A DNA stretch of 64,000 nucleotides, from contig JAKIWQ010000006.1 in NCBI GenBank assembly GCA_022749935.1, positions 3,005 through 67,004 on the forward strand, written 5' to 3'. The stretch is from Thermoplasmata archaeon. Its GTDB lineage: Archaea > Thermoplasmatota > Thermoplasmata > Lutacidiplasmatales > UBA184. This document shows, in pieces, positions 26,059 through 34,589 of this stretch (the stretch's first letter is position 1; each line of letters begins with the position of its first letter). The notes beneath the pieces were generated by a model. The model was given only the letters and a program-made list of their open reading frames with translations. It was not told the origin of the DNA and made no database searches. The translations under genes and the position numbers were made by a program.

Positions 26059-26358
26059 ATGTATCGCAAGCTCCGTCTCTGCTCTAGCGGCGGTGGGTAC
26101 GAAGCCGTCCCCGACATTCCCCGCCGTGTGGACCTGACGCGGATCCGGGTGGCTCTCGAAGCGGACGGTCTCCGGGTCGTCGACGCGAGGGTCATGCTCA
26201 TCGCCGGAGAGGACCCTGAAGTGACGATCAGCCAGAATGGGCGGGTCCTGTTCAAGACCTCCAACCCTTCGGTCGCCGACCGGGCGTTCGGCCGCTATCT
26301 CCCGCTCATCGAGGCTGCGACCGTCGAGACGACCTCCGAGACCGGTGGCGGCCGCTAG
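26059..26358 (+). CDS. 99-aa hypothetical protein
   Basis: MYRKLRLCSSGGGYEAVPDIPRRVDLTRIRVALEADGLRVVDARVMLIAGEDPEVTISQNGRVLFKTSNPSVADRAFGRYL.... Mixed alpha/beta-looking sequence with its own TATA-like box. I do not recognise a family. Confidence 0.45.
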   Translation: MYRKLRLCSSGGGYEAVPDIPRRVDLTRIRVALEADGLRVVDARVMLIAGEDPEVTISQNGRVLFKTSNPSVADRAFGRYLPLIEAATVETTSETGGGR

Positions 26359-26399
26359 GTTATGCGCCGCACCGGCCTAGAACGGCCCGAAGGCCGGAC

Positions 26400-27554
26400 G
26401 TGAGGGAAACCTGGGTCGTCGGGGCCGCTTCGAACCGCTTCGGTAAGATGAAGGACTCGGGACGGGAGGCGGCCACTCGGGTCGCCCTCGCCGCGCTCCG
26501 GTCGTCCGGCCTCGCCCCGAAGGACATCGGCTACACGTTCGTCTCGAACTGCTTCGGGATCGCGGAACACCAGGCCCATGTCGGCCCGCTCATCAATGGA
26601 GGCCTCGGGATCCCCGATGTCCCCTCGTGCACGATCGAGTCGGCCTGCTCGTCGTCCAGCGCGGGACTGCACGAGGCGTTCGTCCACGTGGCCGGGGGGT
26701 TTGTCGATGCGGCCCTGGTCATCGGGTCGGAGAAGCTCTCCCATTTGGACACGCTCGCCGCCACGAGCTACTTCGCCATCGCCGCCGACTACCCGTTCGA
26801 GACCAAGAACGGGGCGACCTTCCCCGGCCTGTACGCCACGCTGGCGACCGCCTACCAGGCGACGTTTCCGACGCGGCCGGAGATGCTGGGTGCGGTCGCG
26901 ATCAAGAACCACGCCAACGCCGCCCGGAACCCGCACGCGCACTTCCAGAAGGAGATCACCATGGGGACCTACCTCCACTCCCCGATCATCGCCTCCCCGC
27001 TCCGACTCTACGACTGTTGTCCGTTCTCCGACGGCGCCGCGGCCGTCGTGGTCGCGGCGAAGGAGTTCGTGAAGTCGCCGGTCTCCGAGCCGCTGGTGAT
27101 CCGGGCCTCGGCCCGGGCGGGCTCGATCACCGAGATGCAGGACCGCCCGGACCTGCTCGGACTCCCCGCGACGCGGACCGCCGCCGCGAAGGCGTTCCGA
27201 CAGGCGCACCTCGAACCGAAGGACATCGACTTTCTCGAGGTCCACGACTGCTTCACGATCGCCGAGGTCCTCGCCCTCGAGGACCTCGGGTTCTTCCCCC
27301 AGGGAACGGCCGCGCCCGCGGCCCTGGAAGGAGTGACGGCGCGCGACGGCCGGCTACCGGTCAACCCGTCCGGCGGACTGAAGGCCAAGGGCCACCCGGT
27401 GAGCGCGACCGGCGCCTCGCAGGTGGTCGAGATCTTCGAGCAGTTCAATGGCCGCGCGCCCGGCCGCGAGGTTCCTCGGACGGAGACCGCGCTCGCGCAC
27501 AACGTCGGGGCGACCGGTGGGTCCTGCTCGGTCCACATCTTCTCCCGGAGGTAG
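26400..27554 (+). CDS. Thiolase-domain protein (archaeal acetyl-CoA C-acyltransferase / SCP-x type)
   Basis: Active-site Cys context TIESACSSSSAGLHEA, then EVHDCFTIAE and GGLKAKGHPVSATG. GTG start. 384 aa. Confidence 0.85.
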   Translation: MRETWVVGAASNRFGKMKDSGREAATRVALAALRSSGLAPKDIGYTFVSNCFGIAEHQAHVGPLINGGLGIPDVPSCTIESACSSSSAGLHEAFVHVAGGFVDAALVIGSEKLSHLDTLAATSYFAIAADYPFETKNGATFPGLYATLATAYQATFPTRPEMLGAVAIKNHANAARNPHAHFQKEITMGTYLHSPIIASPLRLYDCCPFSDGAAAVVVAAKEFVKSPVSEPLVIRASARAGSITEMQDRPDLLGLPATRTAAAKAFRQAHLEPKDIDFLEVHDCFTIAEVLALEDLGFFPQGTAAPAALEGVTARDGRLPVNPSGGLKAKGHPVSATGASQVVEIFEQFNGRAPGREVPRTETALAHNVGATGGSCSVHIFSRR

Positions 27555-27564
27555 GGGCGCTTCG

Positions 27565-27987
27565 ATGGACGCGGAGGAGCTGCCGCGAGCGCCGCACACC
27601 GTGGACGACTTCCTCCGCGCGTACGAGGACGGCGGTCCGCTCCGCGGGTTCCGGTGCGTCCGCTGCGGTCTCGTGAGCGCGACGTGGGGGCTCGCCTGTC
27701 CCCGCTGCGGAGACACGGGACGGGTCGAACAGGAACTGTCCCCCTCGGGCAAGGTCGTCTCCTTCACCATCCAGACGGTGCCGGGCGACGAGTTCCTCAA
27801 CGATGCCCCCTACGCCTACGTCGTGGTCGAGCTCGACGGGGGAGGTCGGATCACCGGTTGGATGCCCGCCGTACGATCCGTCTCGGATCTCGAGGTCGGG
27901 GACCGCGTCCGGTTTCATCCCAGTTACAAACCCGGAGTCCAATTCGTACGGGATCTCCCCGTGGACCGACCCGGGTCCGGAGGTTAG
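27565..27987 (+). CDS. DUF35 zinc-ribbon/OB-fold protein (thiolase partner)
   Basis: FRCVRCG...CPRCG rubredoxin-like knuckle followed by an OB-fold segment (GKVVSFTIQT...YAYVVVELDGGGRITG). ATG lies 11 nt after the thiolase stop. Confidence 0.85.
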   Translation: MDAEELPRAPHTVDDFLRAYEDGGPLRGFRCVRCGLVSATWGLACPRCGDTGRVEQELSPSGKVVSFTIQTVPGDEFLNDAPYAYVVVELDGGGRITGWMPAVRSVSDLEVGDRVRFHPSYKPGVQFVRDLPVDRPGSGG

Positions 27988-27988
27988 C

Positions 27989-29722
27989 GTGGCCGCCTCC
28001 CGGCCGGGCGTCGACCACGTCTGGTTCCGGCGCTACCCCCCGACCGTACCCAAGGAACTCGACATCCCCTCTCGATTGATCCCGGAGGTGATCGAGGACG
28101 CCGTCCGGCGGTGGGGCGACAAGGCCGCGCTTGTCTATTATGGGGCCCGATGGACGTATCGCCGCCTCTGGGAGGAGAGCGGACACTTCGCCGCAGCGCT
28201 GGCCCGGGACGGGGTCGGACCGGGGGACCGCGTGGCGCTCTACCTTCCGAACTGCCCGGCCTACCCGGTCGCGCTGCTCGGCACGCTCCGGCTCGGCGCG
28301 ATCGTTGTACAGGTGAGCCCGCTCTACCTCGGACAGGATCTCTCCCATCTGCTGAAGGACTCGACGCCCAAGGCGCTCGTGACCCTCGAGATCCTCTACC
28401 CGAACGTCGACCACGTCCGGTCGGAGTACTCGGTCCCGGTCCTCTATGTGGCACGCCTTCGCGAATTCTACCCCTTTTGGACTCGGCCGTTCGTCAACCT
28501 GGTGCTCCGCCGGCAAGGGCGGACCACTACGTTCCCCCGGGGCGACCGATCGGTGCGCCCTTGGACCTGGACGGTGCGGCTCCGCGGCACCCCCCCCGCC
28601 TTTCACGGCGACCCGGCGACGACCGTTGCGGTCCTTCAGTACACGGGTGGCACGACGGGCGTCCCCAAGGCGGCGATGCTCTCACACCGGAACCTGGTCG
28701 CCAACCTGATGCAGATCAATTCCTGGAACACGCGACGGACCCCCGGCGAGGAGACGATCCTCGCCGTCCTCCCGTTCTTCCACATTTACGCGCTCACGGT
28801 CGCGCTCCTTGCGGGGCTGGCCGAGGGGGCGACCATCGTCGTCCAGACCCGGCCGGATGTTCCGGAGATGCTGAAACTCATCGACCGGTACGCGCCGACG
28901 CAGTTCCCCGGAGTGCCCGCGCTGTACCAGGCCTTCCTCCGACTTCCCGGGATCGAGACCCACCGGATCCGATCCATCAAGTTCTGCTGCAGCGGGTCCG
29001 CCCCGCTCCCCGTGGAGGTCGCTCGGCGGTTCGAGGAGTTGACCGGAGGCACCCTGATCGAGGGGTACGGGCTCAGTGAGACCTCGCCGGTGACCCACGT
29101 CAACCCGACCGAGGGCGAGCGGCGGCCGGGCTCGATCGGCCTGCCCCTCCCGAACACCGACCAGCGGGTGGTCGACGTGGAGACGGGCACGCGGGTCCTC
29201 GCCGTCGGGGAGGTGGGGGAGCTCGACGTCCACGGACCGCAGGTCATGCTCGGATACTACCACCAGCCGGAGGAGACGGCGCTCGTGCTCCGGGACGGTT
29301 GGTTCCGCACGGGAGACATCGCCCGGATCGACGCGGACGGGTTCGCGTTCATCGTCGATCGGAAGAAGGACATCGTGAACGTCGGAGGCTTGAAGGTGTA
29401 TCCGCGCGAGGTCGAGGAGGTGTTGTACCAACATCCGTCCGTCGCGGAGGCCGCGGCGATCGGGGTACCCGACCCCGAGCTCGGGGAAGTCGTCCGGGCC
29501 TTCGTCGTCCCCAAGTCAGGGACCCGTCCTTCGGAACCGGAGCTGATCGCGTTCGTGAAGGAGCGGATCGCCCACTACAAGGCCCCCCGGTCGATCGAGT
29601 TCCGAACGACCCTACCTCGAAGCGGGGTCCAGAAGGTCCTGCGACGCGTCCTGAAGGACGAGGCGAGTGCCGCGCCAGCGCCGCCGGGTCCGGTGGGGTC
29701 GACTACCAACCCCGGGCGATGA
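27989..29722 (+). CDS. fadD: Long-chain fatty acid-CoA ligase (AMP-forming)
   Basis: AMP-binding motif LQYTGGTTGVPKAAMLSH, then GYGLSETSP, WFRTGDIA and GGLKVYPREVE. GTG 27989 with SD GGAGGT, 2 nt after the DUF35 stop. Confidence 0.9.
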   Translation: MAASRPGVDHVWFRRYPPTVPKELDIPSRLIPEVIEDAVRRWGDKAALVYYGARWTYRRLWEESGHFAAALARDGVGPGDRVALYLPNCPAYPVALLGTLRLGAIVVQVSPLYLGQDLSHLLKDSTPKALVTLEILYPNVDHVRSEYSVPVLYVARLREFYPFWTRPFVNLVLRRQGRTTTFPRGDRSVRPWTWTVRLRGTPPAFHGDPATTVAVLQYTGGTTGVPKAAMLSHRNLVANLMQINSWNTRRTPGEETILAVLPFFHIYALTVALLAGLAEGATIVVQTRPDVPEMLKLIDRYAPTQFPGVPALYQAFLRLPGIETHRIRSIKFCCSGSAPLPVEVARRFEELTGGTLIEGYGLSETSPVTHVNPTEGERRPGSIGLPLPNTDQRVVDVETGTRVLAVGEVGELDVHGPQVMLGYYHQPEETALVLRDGWFRTGDIARIDADGFAFIVDRKKDIVNVGGLKVYPREVEEVLYQHPSVAEAAAIGVPDPELGEVVRAFVVPKSGTRPSEPELIAFVKERIAHYKAPRSIEFRTTLPRSGVQKVLRRVLKDEASAAPAPPGPVGSTTNPGR

Positions 29723-30896
29723 GGTCACGCGAGATGACCAAGCGCTGGATCTCGTTCGTCCCTTCGAAGATCTTGCTGATCCGGGCGTCACGATAGGCGC
29801 GCTCGATGGGGGTCCCCCGGATGTATCCGAGACCTCCGTGGATCTGGAGGGCCTCGTCGATCACCTCGTCGGCCCACTCGGAGGCGAGGCACTTGACGAT
29901 CGAGGCTTCCCGGGTCTTCTCCGCGCGTTCCCTCCGCCCCCACGCCGTGGGGTCGGTTCCCATCCGGTCCTGGTGGGCCGCGGCGTGGTAGACGAGCAGG
30001 CGTAGGGCTTGGGCCCGCATCGCCATGTCGGCGAGCTTGAACTGGATGGCCTGGTACTCGCTGATGGGCTGCCCGAACTGGGTGCGGCTTTTGGAGAACT
30101 CGAGGGACCCGTGCAACGCCGACTCGATCCCGCCGAGGGACGCGGCCCCGAGTGAAACCCTCCCCACGTCCAGCGACGTCATAGCCACACTGAACCCCTT
30201 TCCCACGTCTCCGAGGACGCATTCGGGTCCGAGCTCGACGTGGTCGAGGACCAGCTCGGCCGTCGACGTCCCGTGGAGCCCCATCTTCTTCTCGCATCGG
30301 CCGACCTTGAACCCGGCGACGTCCGTATCCACGACGAACGCGGTCACCCCACCGTTGGGTCCGAGGCGCACGTCGTTCGCGGCCAGCACGACGATCGTAC
30401 CGGCCTCGCGTCCGTTGGAAACGTAGATCTTGTTGCCGGTGAGGACCCATCCCTCGCCGCGCGGTTCGGCGAGCGTGCGGACCGCACCGGAGTCGCTCCC
30501 CGAGCCCGGTTCCGTGAGACTGAACGCGAGCAGCTTCTCGCCGCGGGCGGCCGGAATCAGCCACCGCCGTTTCTGGTCCTCCGTTCCGTAGTAGAGGAGC
30601 GGGGTCTCCGCGAGCGAAGTGTGCGCCCCGACGATGACTCCGTGGGACGCGTCCACCTTTCCGAGCTCCTCGAGGAAGATGCAGTAACCGACCTTGCCCA
30701 ACCCAAGGCCCCCATACGCCTCGGGGATCGGGATGCCGAAGTACCCCTCCTCCTGCATCCGTCGGACGGAGGCGGCGGGGAACTCCTCCTTCTCGTCCAT
30801 CTCGACGACGACCGGCGCGATCTCCTTCTGGATGAACGAGCGCGCGGCCGCGCGGAACGCGTCCTGGTCGGGCGTGAACGAGAACTCGATCGGCAT
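29703..30896 (-). CDS. Acyl-CoA dehydrogenase
   Basis: 397 aa with LAFSLTEPGSGSD, a typical ACAD middle beta-domain, and C-terminal IHGGLGYIRGTPIERAYRDARISKIFEGTNEIQ. Confidence 0.9.
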   Translation of the reverse strand: MPIEFSFTPDQDAFRAAARSFIQKEIAPVVVEMDEKEEFPAASVRRMQEEGYFGIPIPEAYGGLGLGKVGYCIFLEELGKVDASHGVIVGAHTSLAETPLLYYGTEDQKRRWLIPAARGEKLLAFSLTEPGSGSDSGAVRTLAEPRGEGWVLTGNKIYVSNGREAGTIVVLAANDVRLGPNGGVTAFVVDTDVAGFKVGRCEKKMGLHGTSTAELVLDHVELGPECVLGDVGKGFSVAMTSLDVGRVSLGAASLGGIESALHGSLEFSKSRTQFGQPISEYQAIQFKLADMAMRAQALRLLVYHAAAHQDRMGTDPTAWGRRERAEKTREASIVKCLASEWADEVIDEALQIHGGLGYIRGTPIERAYRDARISKIFEGTNEIQRLVISRDLIARGW

Positions 30897-30898
30897 CC

Positions 30899-31693
30899 TC
30901 AGTTTCCCTGGAACTTGGGAGGACGACGTTCCACGAACGCGAGGATCCCCTCGCCGAGGTCGTGCGAGGGAAGCACCTCGGAGGCGAAGAGTCCGGTCTC
31001 GACCTCGAATCCCTCCTCGAGCGGCTTCGAGATTCCCTCCGTGATGGCCCGCTTGGCCGCCTGGACCGCCTTCGGGGCCTTCTGGGCGATCGTGTGGGCC
31101 ACGTCGCGGGCCGCCCGAAGTTCCTGACCGGCGGGGACCATCTTGTTCACGAGACCGATCCGGAGCGCTTCGGCGGCCGGGATCACGGCCCCGGTGAAGA
31201 TCAGTTCCTTGGCCTTCGCCACTCCGACGACTCGAGGGAGTCGCTGGGTCCCTCCGTAGGCCGGCATGAGCCCGTAGTTCACCTCGGGGGCTCCCAGTTT
31301 CGCCGACTCCCCGGCGACCCGAAGGTCGGCCGTAAGCGCGAGTTCGAGCCCGCCCCCGAGCGCGAGGCCGTTGATCGCCGCGATGACGGGGATTCGCAAC
31401 CCCGCGATCCGGGAAAAGAGCCCGAGTCCGCGACGCACGACCTCCGGTGCGGTGGCGAGGTCGAGCGTCGCCATCTCCTTGAGGTCGGCACCGGCGCTGA
31501 AGTATTGTCCCTCACCCGTGAGGACGACCGCGCGAGCGGTCGGGTCGGACTCGAGGGAGCTCACGTGTCGACCCAGGTTGGCGAGGAGGGCCGTGCTGAG
31601 CGCGTTGACGGGAGGGTGCTTCAGGACAAGGAGCTCGACCCCGTCCTCCTCACGCTTCCGACCGACGAGCCCGGAATTCTCCATCGATCGCAC
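30899..31693 (-). CDS. Enoyl-CoA hydratase (crotonase family)
   Basis: VLTGEGQYFSAGADLKE and INGLALGGGLELALTADLRV oxyanion-hole motifs. The start is either GTG 31693 or ATG 31684. Confidence 0.9.
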   Translation of the reverse strand: MRSMENSGLVGRKREEDGVELLVLKHPPVNALSTALLANLGRHVSSLESDPTARAVVLTGEGQYFSAGADLKEMATLDLATAPEVVRRGLGLFSRIAGLRIPVIAAINGLALGGGLELALTADLRVAGESAKLGAPEVNYGLMPAYGGTQRLPRVVGVAKAKELIFTGAVIPAAEALRIGLVNKMVPAGQELRAARDVAHTIAQKAPKAVQAAKRAITEGISKPLEEGFEVETGLFASEVLPSHDLGEGILAFVERRPPKFQGN

Positions 31694-31716
31694 CGGGAAC
31701 GAGACGTTCGTGCCGG

Positions 31717-31724
31717 TTCTTAAC
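31717..31724 (-). promoter_or_regulatory. TATA-like box (GTTAAGAA on the minus strand) for the crotonase-ACAD unit
   Basis: Centred about 27 nt upstream of GTG 31693. Confidence 0.35.
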
Positions 31725-31801
31725 CCATCACCCGCGGCGTCGTTCCCGTCGCCGGCCCGCGGGCGGGGGGAACCCTATGTAACGGGCCCGATTCGCTCAC
31801 C

Positions 31802-33007
31802 GTGGTCCGCCGGGAACTTCTCTCGCTCTCCCTCTACTCCCTCCTGGCCAGCAACCGAGGGGGGTTGTTCATCGTTTTCTTTCCCCTCTACTTGGTCGAG
31901 GTCAAGGGGGCGACGCTCCCGGCCGCCCTCGTCATCCTGAGCCTCGCCTACGTGCCGGCGAGCCTCATCGGACCCCTGGTCGGGCGACTCTCCGACCGGG
32001 TCGGCCGGCGCCGCCCCTTTCTGCTTGTCGGGGAGGCCGCCGCGTTCCCCCTCTTTCTCGGCATCACCTTCGCCCCGGGATGGGCGCTCGCCGGGGCGCT
32101 GTTCATCGGCGCCGAGGTCGCGCTGGCGGTGGGAGGACCCGCCTACACCGCGTACGTGGCGGACGTCACGCGGACCGACGAGCGGGGGGAGGGGTACGGT
32201 CTCCTCAACGCGACGTCGAACGCGGGCGCCGTCGTGGGGTTCATCCTGGCGGGGGCCCTGACGTACTTTTTCGGACTACGGGCCCTCTTCCCCTTCGTCG
32301 TCGCCGTGATGGTGGGGACCCTCTCGGTGGTCCTCTTCCTCGTGCCGGACATCCGGGTCACGCCGACCCCGAAGCGTCGACCGCTGCGCGAGATGGGGCC
32401 GGTCGCGGCGTTCTCGTTCGCGGTCTCGATCCGTGCCATCGGGTCCGGTGCGATCGCGACGTTCTACGGGTACCTCGCCTACAGCCTCGGGGCGAACGAC
32501 CTCGAAGTGAGCGTCGTGGCGATCGCGGGTCTCATCACCGGGGCGGTCGTCTCCCTGCCGCTCGGCCGGATGATCGACCGCCGCGGGGAGATCCGGGGGA
32601 TCTGGTACGGCACGGTGTTGACCCTCGCATCGTACGGGATCTTCCTGTTCTCGACCGATTGGGTCGAGACGGTCCCCGGCCAGGCCGTCCGCAACGCCGG
32701 CCTCTCGCTCGTCGGTCCCGGCATGCAGGTCTACGTGGCGCGGGTCGCGCCGGAGGGACACCGCGCGGAATACCTCGGATTCTTCTCCCTGATCAACTCG
32801 ACGCTGTGGAGCGTGGGGCCCCTGGTCGGGGCGATCGCCATCGAGTTCTTCGGCTACCCGGGCCTGTTTGCGATGGCGATCGGAACGACGATCATCTCGC
32901 TCGTGGTCATGGAGTTCCTCTACGGCGAGATGGGCATCCGCGCCCGACTCCTCCGAAGAGAAGTCGGCGTCCCGCTCGCCGGTACCCGGGCCCCTCCCTC
33001 GTCCTGA
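31802..33007 (+). CDS. MFS transporter
   Basis: 401 aa with about 12 hydrophobic helices and the GRLSDRVGRRRPFL loop 2-3 signature. GTG start with CTATGTAA 24 nt upstream. Confidence 0.8.
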   Translation: MVRRELLSLSLYSLLASNRGGLFIVFFPLYLVEVKGATLPAALVILSLAYVPASLIGPLVGRLSDRVGRRRPFLLVGEAAAFPLFLGITFAPGWALAGALFIGAEVALAVGGPAYTAYVADVTRTDERGEGYGLLNATSNAGAVVGFILAGALTYFFGLRALFPFVVAVMVGTLSVVLFLVPDIRVTPTPKRRPLREMGPVAAFSFAVSIRAIGSGAIATFYGYLAYSLGANDLEVSVVAIAGLITGAVVSLPLGRMIDRRGEIRGIWYGTVLTLASYGIFLFSTDWVETVPGQAVRNAGLSLVGPGMQVYVARVAPEGHRAEYLGFFSLINSTLWSVGPLVGAIAIEFFGYPGLFAMAIGTTIISLVVMEFLYGEMGIRARLLRREVGVPLAGTRAPPSS

Positions 33008-33041
33008 CCACCATGATATAGGACACCGCCGTCCGTCGAGT

Positions 33042-33917
33042 GTGCAGCGCCCGACCACCTTTGCCGACGCCTCCGCGACCCTGGAGGAGTCCCAGTACGT
33101 GGTCGTCGGCGTACCGTTCGACCGGACCACCTCCTTCCGGCCCGGGGCCCGGTTCGGCCCCGACTCGATCCGTCAGCACTCCTGGAATTTCGAATCGTAC
33201 GACCTCGAGACGGGACTGAGCCTCTCGGACGTGCCGATCCACGACCTCGGCAACACCGAGGAATTCGGCTCGGCCGAGGACATGGCGAACTCCCTTCGCG
33301 AGGAGATCCGACCGCTCTATGCGGCGGGGAAGGTCCCGATCGTGCTGGGAGGAGACCACGCGTGTTCGCCCCCTGTCGTGGAAGCGTATCCGGACTCCGC
33401 GCCCAGCGTCGGCGTCCTCTACCTGGATGCCCACATGGACTTCCGGTCGAGCTACCTCGGCGACCGACGTAGCCACGGCTGCTCCTCCCGACGGATCCTG
33501 GAGAAGGTCGGCGCCCGCAACATCGTCGTCATGGGTGTTCGGTCGGTCTCGGCGGAAGAGATTGACGACAACCGGGGGATCGGCATGTCGTTCGTGACGG
33601 CGCACGAGATCGCGAAGGAAGGTATCGAATCCGCGGCCCAGCGGGCTCTCAACATGCTCCGGACCGACCGACTCTACATCTCCCTCGACATCGATGCGAT
33701 CGACCCGGCCTACGCCGGAGGGACCGGCACGCCCGAGCCGTTCGGCCTCACCCCTCGGGACGTGAAGTACGTCATCGGCCAGGCCGCGCCGCGCCTCGTC
33801 GGGATGGACATCATGGAAGTGAGCCCCCACTACGACACGGGCAACACGAGCGCGCTCGCCGCGCGGCTCGCCCGCGAGGCGATCATCCGTCGAGCCGCCA
33901 GTCAGGCCGGCCACTAG
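33042..33917 (+). CDS. speB: Agmatinase / ureohydrolase family
   Basis: VLGGDHACS, LYLDAHMDFR and SLDIDAIDPAYAGGTGTPEP Mn-binding motifs. GTG 33042 with ATGATATA box 25 nt upstream. The track start at 32868 overlaps the MFS gene. Confidence 0.85.
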   Translation: MQRPTTFADASATLEESQYVVVGVPFDRTTSFRPGARFGPDSIRQHSWNFESYDLETGLSLSDVPIHDLGNTEEFGSAEDMANSLREEIRPLYAAGKVPIVLGGDHACSPPVVEAYPDSAPSVGVLYLDAHMDFRSSYLGDRRSHGCSSRRILEKVGARNIVVMGVRSVSAEEIDDNRGIGMSFVTAHEIAKEGIESAAQRALNMLRTDRLYISLDIDAIDPAYAGGTGTPEPFGLTPRDVKYVIGQAAPRLVGMDIMEVSPHYDTGNTSALAARLAREAIIRRAASQAGH

Positions 33918-33931
33918 AGGGGAGCCGCGGA

Positions 33932-34582
33932 ATGCCCGACGGCCCCGAACCACCCCCGACGGCGCGAGGCGCCGAGGCGACGCTGCGACGGGTCGACTGG
34001 TGGGGGTTCCCGGCGCTCGCGAAGGAGCGCGACCCGAAGGGGTACCGCCCGAAGGCCCTGGACGATCGGCTCCGCCGCGAGCGGACCCGGACCGAGGCCC
34101 GCTTATTGGTGGACGCTCGCCGGCTGGGAATCCGCACCCCGATCCTTTACGACATCGACCTCGTGCGGCACCGCTTGATCCTCGAGGAGCTCACGGGGCC
34201 GACGCTCAAGGGGCTCTTGGAGGACGCGAACCTGGCCCCGGAGAGTCTGACCCGGGCGGTTCGCTCCTTCGGCGCTACGCTGGGCCGGTTGCACGCCGGC
34301 GGGATCTCCCACGGGGACCTGACGAGTTCCAACGTCCTCTTTCCCGAGGGACCGACCGGCGCGCCGGCGCTCATCGACCTCTCCATGGGGAGCCGGAGCC
34401 CAGGGCTCGAGGAACTCGGGATCGACCTCCACCTGGCCGAGGGAGACCTGAAGGCGTTGCATCCGAAGGCCGACGCCCTCATCCGAGCCTTCCACGAGGG
34501 GTACGAAGAAGGAAATCCCACGGGCTCCAAGGACGTTCGGCAGCGGGCCAAGGCGATCCGCAGCCGAATGCGATACGCGTAG
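33932..34582 (+). CDS. bud32: Bud32-type atypical protein kinase (KEOPS subunit)
   Basis: RGAEATL..., RTEARLLVDARRLGIRTPILYDID and ISHGDLTSSNVLF catalytic loop. 216 aa. Confidence 0.85.
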   Translation: MPDGPEPPPTARGAEATLRRVDWWGFPALAKERDPKGYRPKALDDRLRRERTRTEARLLVDARRLGIRTPILYDIDLVRHRLILEELTGPTLKGLLEDANLAPESLTRAVRSFGATLGRLHAGGISHGDLTSSNVLFPEGPTGAPALIDLSMGSRSPGLEELGIDLHLAEGDLKALHPKADALIRAFHEGYEEGNPTGSKDVRQRAKAIRSRMRYA

Positions 34583-34589
34583 GGCCGGC

